Shown: piece after piece, positions 17,180 through 24,000 of the stretch | How positions within the stretch are numbered: position 1 is the first letter of the stretch | Layout: each line of letters begins with the position of its first letter | Source: Listeria farberi | Lineage (GTDB): Bacteria > Bacillota > Bacilli > Lactobacillales > Listeriaceae | Length of the DNA: 24,000 bases | Direction of reading: 5' to 3' | Assembly (NCBI RefSeq): GCF_014229245.1 | Contig: NZ_JAARZJ010000002.1 | Location: 65,763-89,762, forward strand | The notes under the pieces: generated by a model | Database searches by the model: none | What the model was told of the DNA's origin: nothing | The model's input: the letters and a program-made list of their open reading frames with translations, nothing else | Made by a program: the position numbers and the translations under genes

Positions 17180-17243
17180 ACGTTATAATCATTAGTGAAT
17201 ATTGGCATGAAATGGGTGAAAATGTTATTTTTTTATTTATTTT

Positions 17244-18974
17244 TTATAAAAATCTACGTAAAATAGTTTTAAGTGGTGGCATTTTGGCGAAACGATGGTC
17301 TTCTAGGACTGATTGGATTTCGAATTTGGTATAACCTAATGCTTCGTCCATCACGATTTTCCCTGGTAGTGGAGCGGCTGCGCTATCTACAGAAACATCA
17401 ATGATTACTGGTTTTGTTGCTAGTTTGGCGTTTTCGAAAGCAGTTTCTAGGTCTGCCATTTTTTCTACTCGGAAGCCAATTCCGCCACAACTTTCGGCGA
17501 ATTTTGCGTAATTGATGTCCGGAAGGTCGATTGCGTAATTTAATTCTCCGGCAGATTGTTGTTCATATTTAATAAATGATAGTTGTTGGTTATTTAACAC
17601 GACGACAATCATTGGCATATTTAATCCTACAGCCGTGACGAAATCTTGCATAACCATTGAAAAACCACCGTCACCGACAATCGCAATTGCTTGGCGATCT
17701 GGAAATGCTTTTTTTGCAGCGATGGCTCCTGGTAAGCCGCAGCCCATAGTACCAAGCCAGGCAGAAACGATAAAGTCACTTTCTGGTGTTAAATGTAAAT
17801 AACGTGTACTCCAAACAGTTGCAGTCCCAACGTCGATAGAGAAAATGGCATCTTTGTCCGCGATTTTTTGGATGTTAGCCATCACGACTTCTGGAGCAAT
17901 TGGGTCTGTTGTTTGCGAAATATCTTCCTCCAACCATTTCCACCATTCTTGCATATTTTCTTGGCATGCTTGAAGGAATTTCCGTTCTTCTACGGGTGCT
18001 ATTTTAGCCGTTAGATTACTGATTATTTCCCTGGCATCGCCAACTAGACCTACTGTTGCAGGGAAACGTTTGCTAATTTTGGCTGGATTAATATCAATTT
18101 GGATACATTCAGCTTTTTTAGGTAAATAGTCGGTATAGGGATAATCATTTCCAAACATTAAAAGTAAATCCGTTTCTTGCATGGCTTCATACGCTGGTTT
18201 CGTACCTATTTTACCAAGGTTACCAAGTGCATTTGGATGGTCATCTGGAACGATTGTTTTTGCTGGTAAAGAATGAATAATCGGGATTTTCGCTTTTTCC
18301 GCAAAGGCGATTAACTCTGGTCCAGCGTGTTTTGTTCCTAGGCCTGCTAAGATAACTGGTTTTTCAGCTTTATCAATTAATGTTACAGATTCTTGAATTG
18401 CTTTTTCGTCTAGTTTTGGAATTTCTTGTTCAAATTTTACTGGTTTTGCTTCTAGGCTCGCTTTAATTTCTTGAGATGGAATATCATTTGGAATTGTTAA
18501 AACAGCGACTCCTTTTTCTTGATAGGCAGTCCGAATCGCTTCATCAACAACATCCGCGAGCGTTTCAGCATTATCGATTTGTTTATTATAAACGGCAACA
18601 TCTTCAAAAATAGCTGGTAAATTAACTTCTTGGAAAAAGCCTGTATTTAAGACGTCCGTTGTCACTTGGCCAGCTAAAACGAGCATTGGTACGTGGTCCA
18701 TTTTTGCATCATACATGCCGTTTAGAAGATGAATGGCACCAGGGCCGCCGATGGATAAAGCGACACCGATTTTGCCAGTTAATTTGGTATAGGCAGCTGC
18801 TGCTAGTGATGCGACTTCTTCGTGACGCACATGAATAAATTCAATTGCCTCTTGTTCTTTTCTGAGTGCATCGACCACGGTATCAATCGAATCACCAGGT
18901 AAGCCGTATACATGGTCGATACCCCAATTTTTTAATGTTTGTACGAGTGTTTCACTTGCTTTTACTTTTTTCAT
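17244..18974 (-). CDS. Pyruvate oxidase (ThDP-dependent)
   Basis: Pox/POXB-like: 'GLPGDSIDTVVDAL', 'HVRHEEVASLAAAAYTKLTG', 'VGDGGFSMVMQDFVTAV.L..P...VVLNN'. Start 18974 has GGAGG SD directly upstream; the tracked start 18992 overlaps it. Confidence 0.9.
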   Translation of the reverse strand: MKKVKASETLVQTLKNWGIDHVYGLPGDSIDTVVDALRKEQEAIEFIHVRHEEVASLAAAAYTKLTGKIGVALSIGGPGAIHLLNGMYDAKMDHVPMLVLAGQVTTDVLNTGFFQEVNLPAIFEDVAVYNKQIDNAETLADVVDEAIRTAYQEKGVAVLTIPNDIPSQEIKASLEAKPVKFEQEIPKLDEKAIQESVTLIDKAEKPVILAGLGTKHAGPELIAFAEKAKIPIIHSLPAKTIVPDDHPNALGNLGKIGTKPAYEAMQETDLLLMFGNDYPYTDYLPKKAECIQIDINPAKISKRFPATVGLVGDAREIISNLTAKIAPVEERKFLQACQENMQEWWKWLEEDISQTTDPIAPEVVMANIQKIADKDAIFSIDVGTATVWSTRYLHLTPESDFIVSAWLGTMGCGLPGAIAAKKAFPDRQAIAIVGDGGFSMVMQDFVTAVGLNMPMIVVVLNNQQLSFIKYEQQSAGELNYAIDLPDINYAKFAESCGGIGFRVEKMADLETAFENAKLATKPVIIDVSVDSAAAPLPGKIVMDEALGYTKFEIQSVLEDHRFAKMPPLKTILRRFL

Positions 18975-19060
18975 TTTACTTTCTCCTCCCATGGATGTTT
19001 TCTCTTATGTCCAACAGTTTTCGTTTACCCTGTTTTTAGAAGAATATTCATGAAAGAGAA

Positions 19061-19089
19061 TTGACGAACAATTCAGAAGTGCTTATAAT
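19061..19089 (+). promoter_or_regulatory. Strong sigma-A promoter of FusB-like gene leader
   Basis: TTGACG 19061-19066, 17 nt spacer, TATAAT 19084-19089. Confidence 0.9.
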
Positions 19090-19113
19090 GAAGGCAAGGT
19101 GGTGATCAAAGAG

Positions 19114-19170
19114 ATGCAAACAAAATTGCACTGCTCTCTACTTTCTAACAACGGCTTTAGGATTGTTTAG
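19114..19170 (+). CDS. Leader peptide uORF MQTKLHCSLLSNNGFRIV
   Basis: ATG preceded by AAGGTGGTGATC (19096-19107), one mismatch to the full anti-SD complement AAGGAGGTGATC; ends TAG within a hairpin. Confidence 0.7.
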   Translation: MQTKLHCSLLSNNGFRIV

Positions 19171-19238
19171 AAAGTAAGAGTGAAAATAAACTCTTCAATC
19201 CTTCAGCTAGTTTAACCAAAATTAAACTATTAAAGGAG
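19134..19238 (+). promoter_or_regulatory. Candidate translational attenuator
   Basis: 14-bp stem with one bulge (19134-19148/19167-19180); hairpin 19208-19215/19222-19229 with outer UCCUU/AAGGA pairing over the SD; alternative AGGATTG (19159-19165) / CAATCCT (19196-19202). Confidence 0.65.
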
Positions 19239-19245
19239 AATCATA

Positions 19246-19893
19246 ATGAAAGAGTTTATCGAACCATACCAATATAATTTTATCAAAAAACAATTAGAAA
19301 ATGTCTCACGCGCTTATCGATCCGCGAATGATGCTACTACTTTGAAGGCGTTAAAGTCTTTGACGGAGGAGAAAATCAACGAACTATTTCCGGAGAGCGT
19401 GCTAGAAGAGCATAAGGAACTTTTTAGCGAGCTCCATTTGATAACTTCAACCAAAGAAGCAGAGCCGTTTTTAGAGGGGTTAAAAGCCTATGTGATTCCT
19501 TTCGCTCCGCCTAGCGATGTGAAACTTAAAAAACTTTTTGCGAAAACAAAAAAATTAAAGATTCCCGCATGGTCGAAACTTGATTTGCGCGATTATACTT
19601 TTTACGGCTGGAATGATATTGCTCAGCAGCGTAAATATATCGTGACTTATGAGGACGGAAATTTGGTTGGCGTAAATGGAACTATTTCTTCGGAGATTCA
19701 AAAGGGTGTTTGTTCTATTTGCCAAACGCATTCCAAAGTGTCACTGTTTATGGCAAAAACGAAATCTTCCAGTGATGGCGTTTATACGACAAATGGTAAT
19801 TATATTTGTTACGATAGCGATGTTTGTAATCAGCAAATAAAAGCCCGCGAAACATTAGATGAATTTATTGAGGTTGTTAAGAAACGTAAATAA
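19246..19893 (+). CDS. FusB/FusC-like elongation factor G-binding protein (often annotated fibronectin-binding)
   Basis: FusB family architecture: N-terminal helical domain 'MKEFIEPYQYNFIKKQLENVSRAYRS' and C-terminal zinc-binding-like domain with CSIC...CYDSDVC. Confidence 0.85.
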   Translation: MKEFIEPYQYNFIKKQLENVSRAYRSANDATTLKALKSLTEEKINELFPESVLEEHKELFSELHLITSTKEAEPFLEGLKAYVIPFAPPSDVKLKKLFAKTKKLKIPAWSKLDLRDYTFYGWNDIAQQRKYIVTYEDGNLVGVNGTISSEIQKGVCSICQTHSKVSLFMAKTKSSSDGVYTTNGNYICYDSDVCNQQIKARETLDEFIEVVKKRK

Positions 19894-19898
19894 AAAAA

Positions 19899-19937
19899 CA
19901 GCAAGTCTCTCTAAGTATAAGAGAGGCTTGCTATTTT
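19899..19937. terminator. Bidirectional intrinsic terminator
   Basis: AGCAAGtCTCTCT aagtata AGAGAGgCTTGCT followed by ATTTTTTATTT; A-rich on the other side. Confidence 0.9.
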
Positions 19938-20261
19938 TTATTTGATGGAATCACGTAATTTTGAGCGTTGTTTATCCATCCAAGTTTCTTCTGGATATTC
20001 GTTTAGTAAGCTGTCTGCGAATTCGGCTAGGTCATCGCCTACAACTGCTTTTAATTCTAATTCATCAGCGGCCGCGTTTTCGAACATTTCGAGGACGTTT
20101 TTTAAAATTTCGTACATACCTGCACCTTTTGCAAAGTTCCATAAATAGGTTTCAATGGCTTTCATGGCACTTTTATAGTCTTCTGGGAGTGCGGCGATTC
20201 TTTTTTTGTATAGTTTATAGTCTCGTTTTTCTTCGCGATATTTTGTGTACCATTTAAACAT
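19938..20261 (-). CDS. DUF1048 family protein
   Basis: 'LPEDYKSAMKAIETYLWNFA' and genomic coupling with PadR (overlap at 20254-20261). Confidence 0.85.
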   Translation of the reverse strand: MFKWYTKYREEKRDYKLYKKRIAALPEDYKSAMKAIETYLWNFAKGAGMYEILKNVLEMFENAAADELELKAVVGDDLAEFADSLLNEYPEETWMDKQRSKLRDSIK

Positions 20262-20586
20262 ATGCTGGTCCTCCTTTAATTTGGACGATTTTTGATTGGA
20301 TAAAGTCCCATCGTTTCCAAAAAGTTGCTAGTTCTTCTTCACCGGCTGGGCTTAGTGTGTAAAATTTTCTTGGTGGACCCAATTCTGATTTTTTCTTTTC
20401 GATATTGACTAGCTCTTTTTTCTCGAGACGAACGAGAATGGTGTAGACGGTTCCTTCAACGATTTCATCAAAACCTAGGTCATTGAGATACTTGGTGATT
20501 TCATAGCCGTATGTTTCGCCTTTAGAAATTCGCTCTAATATCATTCCTTCTAAACTACCTTTGAGTAACTCGGTAAGTCCTTTCAT
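20254..20586 (-). CDS. PadR family transcriptional regulator
   Basis: 'GLTELLKGSLEGMILERISKGETYGYEITKYLNDLGFDEIVEGTVYTILVRLEKKELV'. Confidence 0.95.
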   Translation of the reverse strand: MKGLTELLKGSLEGMILERISKGETYGYEITKYLNDLGFDEIVEGTVYTILVRLEKKELVNIEKKKSELGPPRKFYTLSPAGEEELATFWKRWDFIQSKIVQIKGGPAYV

Positions 20587-20603
20587 TTGAATTCACTCCT
20601 CTA

Positions 20604-20656
20604 CTAGTTGTTACTAGGTACAAGTATATAGTAATACAAAGTAGATTAATTGTCAA
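20604..20656 (-). promoter_or_regulatory. Promoter and possible operator of the PadR operon
   Basis: TTGACA (20656-20651), 17 nt, TACTAT (20633-20628); downstream inverted repeat CTAGT-tgtt-ACTAG at 20604-20617. Confidence 0.55.
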
Positions 20657-20664
20657 CCCCTACA

Positions 20665-20697
20665 GAAAAAAACTGCTCTCTTTTACTGAAAGCAGTT
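20665..20697 (-). terminator. Intrinsic terminator of flagellar-region operon
   Basis: AACTGCT ctcttttactgaa AGCAGTT, followed by CAGTTTTTTCTG on the minus strand. Confidence 0.75.
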
Positions 20698-20705
20698 CAC
20701 TTATT

Positions 20706-21350
20706 TTACATAAAAAGCACTTCGGGATTTTGTTTCATTGCACTTAAATTGGCAATGTTAATCGTTAAAAATTTCTTTTTTGGCGCTTCTAAGGTTTCGA
20801 GCCATTCGTTTATTATATTTACAGCAAGTTCAGAAGACTCATCGTTTTGGCAAATGAAACCAATGTTTTTATATTGGCATTTTTCATCAAGGATGTTGTA
20901 GTGGTGGGCTTTTTCTTCGTCAGGGTTAAAAATATCCATGTAGAAGTTGCGGTTGCCTTTCAGAAATTGCATATGGTTTTCGTTCGAGTCAACTAGGTTA
21001 AAATCACGTTTAGTAAATTGATTAATTGCTTCTGATTTTAGGATAGACAGATCGAAAATTACTTTTGTACTTGGTTTTTCTAAGTTTTGAAGTTGGCTTG
21101 CTTCGAATGATTTAGACGCTTCTTGGTCGGATGTGAAGGCTTGAAGTTGTTCTTCGACTCGGTTCATTTTTGCTTCAAAATCAAGTTCGTTTAGGAGATT
21201 TTCGGTTTGTCTGATGACATTAATTGCTTCTTCAAATTGGTCATTTTTTATATAGGAAGTCACTTTTTCTGCTGCTTCGATTTTAATTTCTTGCTGCATT
21301 GCTGCTGTCATATCGCGCCATGATTCCCATTTTTTTTGCCAGTTTCCCAT
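20706..21350 (-). CDS. Conserved hypothetical protein at the end of the flagellar operon
   Basis: 214 aa ORF with SD, tightly linked to the downstream end of the flagellar cluster; no recognised domain. Confidence 0.8.
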   Translation of the reverse strand: MGNWQKKWESWRDMTAAMQQEIKIEAAEKVTSYIKNDQFEEAINVIRQTENLLNELDFEAKMNRVEEQLQAFTSDQEASKSFEASQLQNLEKPSTKVIFDLSILKSEAINQFTKRDFNLVDSNENHMQFLKGNRNFYMDIFNPDEEKAHHYNILDEKCQYKNIGFICQNDESSELAVNIINEWLETLEAPKKKFLTINIANLSAMKQNPEVLFM

Positions 21351-21363
21351 CGTTTATTCTCCC

Positions 21364-22023
21364 CTACCCGATAATTTTCGTTAAATAGTTTTGTGTTTCT
21401 TTGAATGGTGGGACCCCGCCGTATTTATGTACGTTGCCTGGTCCAGCATTATAGGCTGCTAATGCTAGTTTGAGGTCGCCGTCATATTTTTTGATGTAAC
21501 CAGCAAGTTGCTTTGTCCCTGCGTCGATATTAGTCGCTGGGTCGGTTCGATTAGAACCGTACATTAATTGCATTAAGCCAGTAGCACCAGCACTTGAAAC
21601 CACATTCGGATTAAAATTAGATTCTACTTGGATAACTCGTTTGATAAGCGCTTCTGGGACACCATATTTGGTTGCTGCTGTTTTAATTAAATCGCTATAT
21701 TTGCCTTCGTTCTCAGCGCTAATTGGTTTAATCTGGTAGTTGTTCCAGTTAGTTAATTCGCTGGTTGATGTTGTGGGAGTTTCAGTTGTCGTGGTTGCAG
21801 TAGACTTGGTTTCGGATTTATTGATTAATGCTTCGTATGCTTCTCGGGCACGCGCTAGTTCAGCATCAGTAACAGTTTGCACGCTTGTTGTTTTAGCACT
21901 TGTGGTCACATTTAAACGTTCATTTAATTTCGTTTCAAAAGTGGTAGCCGATTGTTTCGATGCTTCGAACGCGCTTTGAAACTCGGCTTGTCTAGCACTC
22001 ATTACTTGTTCTACTGGATTCAT
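21364..22023 (-). CDS. Flagellar-operon lytic transglycosylase (SLT domain)
   Basis: 'YGVPEALIKRVIQVESNFNPNVVSSAGATGLMQLM' and 'ALAAYNAGPGNVHKYGGVPPFKETQNYL'. Start 22023 (MNPVEQ) fits SD AAAGGAG; the tracked start 22032 is a GTG. Confidence 0.9.
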   Translation of the reverse strand: MNPVEQVMSARQAEFQSAFEASKQSATTFETKLNERLNVTTSAKTTSVQTVTDAELARAREAYEALINKSETKSTATTTTETPTTSTSELTNWNNYQIKPISAENEGKYSDLIKTAATKYGVPEALIKRVIQVESNFNPNVVSSAGATGLMQLMYGSNRTDPATNIDAGTKQLAGYIKKYDGDLKLALAAYNAGPGNVHKYGGVPPFKETQNYLTKIIG

Positions 22024-22039
22024 CCACGGCACTCCTTTG

Positions 22040-23341
22040 TTATACTAATGTTTCCATCAGCTTACTTGTTTCCTCAAGTGTTACACTTTCATCTCGCAAT
22101 TGCTTTAAAAATTGATAGATAAAATAGGACTTTTCTTTACTAGTAAAAATAGCCGCATTATCGCTTGTTTGCTCGATTGTTCCAAGTTTGAAATATAGTT
22201 CATTTTCTTGATAAATACTCATCCATTCGCGAAGTTTTGACGCAGTTTTCCACTGGCTTTCTGGAACGATTTCTTCCATTACCCGGCTAACGGAGCTAAG
22301 GACATCAATGGCAGGATAGTGGTTTTTGGTTGCAAGTTCACGGGTGAGAACGATATGTCCATCTAAAATACCCCGCGCTAAATCGGGTACTGGGCCATTC
22401 ATATCATCCCCATCTACGAGTACTGTATAAATGCCTGTAATCGAGCCGTTTTGCGTTTTACCAGAACGTTCTAGCAATTTCTTCATATACGATTCCATTA
22501 GTAAGGTTTTTCCACCGATTGGTAAATCTTTGACTGCAATATCAACACTTCTTCTTGCATCGGCGAAACGAGTGACAGAATCCATCATTAATAGGACGGT
22601 TTTTCCTTGATCGCGGAAATGTTCTGCAATGGAAGTAGCAAGTTTGGCAGCACGCAGTTGCATGAGATGGCTTTCATCCGAAGTGGCTGCGACAATAACG
22701 CTTTTACGCAACCCTTCTTCACCAAGATCTTTACGCAAGAAATCTTTTACTTCACGACCACGTTCTCCGACTAAGCTGATCACATTAATATCTGCTTTGG
22801 CGTTACGAGCAATCATTCCAAGTAAAGTTGATTTACCAACACCCGATCCTGCAAAAATACCAATTTTTTGCCCGATACCAATGGTTAGCATTCCATCAAT
22901 TGCTTTGATGCCAGTTTCAAGTGTCTCCGTAATTTCTGCTCGGCTAAAGGCATGGATTGGCGGTGCTTCAAGTGGCATCTTTTGTTTAAATTTAGCAGTT
23001 CCAGCTTCTTCGTTTAATATGTCACCGGATGCGTTGAGGACTTTTCCAAGGAGGAATTCGTCGGCTGGAATAGTGATTTTCGTATCTGTTACGTACACCC
23101 AGTCACCATACGCCACTTTATCGCTTTGATTAAATGGGAGTAGCATATTGTTTTCTTTTTCGATAGAAATCACTTCGCAGAGCACTTTATTTTCGCCGAC
23201 CATGACAGTGTCCCCAATTTTTACTTGGGGGCCTTTGGAAATATAGACTTGTTCTTGGACGGTATGAATTTTACCTTTTTGAATGTATGGGACGGTGTTT
23301 TTTAGTTCTTGCCAAGCCTCGGTTTTTGGCGACCAATTCAC
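22040..23341 (-). CDS. fliI: Flagellum-specific ATP synthase
   Basis: 'GQKIGIFAGSGVGKSTLLGMIARN', 'VIVAATSDESHLMQLRAAKLATSIAEHFRDQGKTVLLMMDSVTRFADARR' conserved in FliI/type III ATPases. Confidence 0.96.
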   Translation of the reverse strand: MNWSPKTEAWQELKNTVPYIQKGKIHTVQEQVYISKGPQVKIGDTVMVGENKVLCEVISIEKENNMLLPFNQSDKVAYGDWVYVTDTKITIPADEFLLGKVLNASGDILNEEAGTAKFKQKMPLEAPPIHAFSRAEITETLETGIKAIDGMLTIGIGQKIGIFAGSGVGKSTLLGMIARNAKADINVISLVGERGREVKDFLRKDLGEEGLRKSVIVAATSDESHLMQLRAAKLATSIAEHFRDQGKTVLLMMDSVTRFADARRSVDIAVKDLPIGGKTLLMESYMKKLLERSGKTQNGSITGIYTVLVDGDDMNGPVPDLARGILDGHIVLTRELATKNHYPAIDVLSSVSRVMEEIVPESQWKTASKLREWMSIYQENELYFKLGTIEQTSDNAAIFTSKEKSYFIYQFLKQLRDESVTLEETSKLMETLV

Positions 23342-24000
23342 GGTTTATCGCCTCCTAGAATTTTCCGTTCTGCATTTTGCTTATGTAAGGTTTGGAAAAT
23401 TTCTGTGATGCGGTAGTCGAAGTATTCTTTTTCTTCTTCTACAGTAAATTCGCCGTACTCAAGTCGCATATCGAAGTTCCAATGGATATTTTCTAAAAGC
23501 CAGTCGTATTTTGTGCCTGTGTTTTCTTCTTTGAGTGCTTTCAATGTTTCTGGGTGGGTGGTGACATTTAGTTTGTCGAAAGCTACTGGGAGTTTTTGAA
23601 TAACTTCGGTTAGCATTGGTAAGACTTCAATTTGGCGGGTGTCAATTGCTTGGTGGACGATTCTTTCTGCGAGATCAATGCTTTCATCCCACAAAAAGTC
23701 GGTAATTGTTAGGTAAAGCTGTGTTTTTTCTTGTTCAAAAGCTTGTTTGTTTGCTTCGATTTCAGCTTCAGCGTCTCGTCTTAATTCCTCAAGGGCTTGG
23801 CGCTCAGCTTTTAGTGCCGCTTTTTCATTTGCTAGCTTTTGTTGTTCAATTTCAATAGCTGACATATGCTTTTCGAGTTCTTTTTGATGGTTTTCTAGTT
23901 GTTCAAGTTCTTTCGAATATGGTGACTCGATTTCTTCTGTTTCTTCTATATCATCTAAATAAAACAGTTCCATTTTCACGTCGGATAAAGTGACTTTACC
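23338..24000 (-). CDS. fliH: FliH-like flagellar assembly protein (5' end beyond the window)
   Basis: Coiled-coil acidic protein adjacent to fliI. The tracked start at 23979 is a GTG; the frame stays open to the window edge (…GKVTLSDVKMELFYLDD), typical of a FliH N-terminus, so the true start is probably outside. Confidence 0.8.
   Translation of the reverse strand, partial: GKVTLSDVKMELFYLDDIEETEEIESPYSKELEQLENHQKELEKHMSAIEIEQQKLANEKAALKAERQALEELRRDAEAEIEANKQAFEQEKTQLYLTITDFLWDESIDLAERIVHQAIDTRQIEVLPMLTEVIQKLPVAFDKLNVTTHPETLKALKEENTGTKYDWLLENIHWNFDMRLEYGEFTVEEEKEYFDYRITEIFQTLHKQNAERKILGGDKP

Noticed and set aside
22629-23129. 166-aa plus-strand ORF
   Set aside because: Antisense to highly conserved fliI; long only because of codon constraints on the opposite strand.
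1-24000. CRISPR array, prophage, transposon, tRNA/rRNA, toxin-antitoxin or known defence system
   Set aside because: Read for regularly spaced repeats, IS/integrase proteins, RNA genes and defence domains; none recognised. The degenerate GIY-YIG-like gene alone is not evidence for a defence system.

Overview
This window looks like a Listeria chromosomal segment, judged from protein similarity I recognise, gene order and LPXTG/internalin content; no database search was run. On the minus strand from right to left it carries: the end of a flagellar operon (FliH-like, FliI, a lytic transglycosylase, a conserved flagellar-region protein), PadR + DUF1048, and, on the plus strand, a FusB/EF-G-binding protein. 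It continues with pyruvate oxidase, a methyl-accepting chemotaxis protein, a C39-like peptidase, a tiny LPXTG protein (+), glmS with its self-cleaving ribozyme, a short RibF/FAD synthetase, DUF6530-like and degenerate GIY-YIG-like genes, and a DUF4064-like membrane protein. The left part has two LPXTG leucine-rich-repeat surface proteins, a Crp/Fnr-family regulator (+), and a GntR(YtrA-like)/ABC-transporter operon. No CRISPR array, prophage or transposon was recognised. The best candidates for overlooked biology are: (1) a leader upstream of the FusB-like gene with a strong promoter, an 18-codon uORF with an almost perfect extended Shine-Dalgarno, and mutually exclusive RNA helices that can sequester or release the gene's SD; (2) three TTTT-N5-AAAA (MogR-type) boxes spaced exactly 20 bp apart over the chemotaxis-receptor promoter; (3) a shared element plus an identical TAGCGTATAAT -10 region in front of the Crp/Fnr gene and the convergent LRR surface protein gene; (4) an LPXTG protein whose predicted mature wall-anchored part is only about 13 residues; (5) alternative anti-SD pairings between the glmS ribozyme and the glmS start codon.
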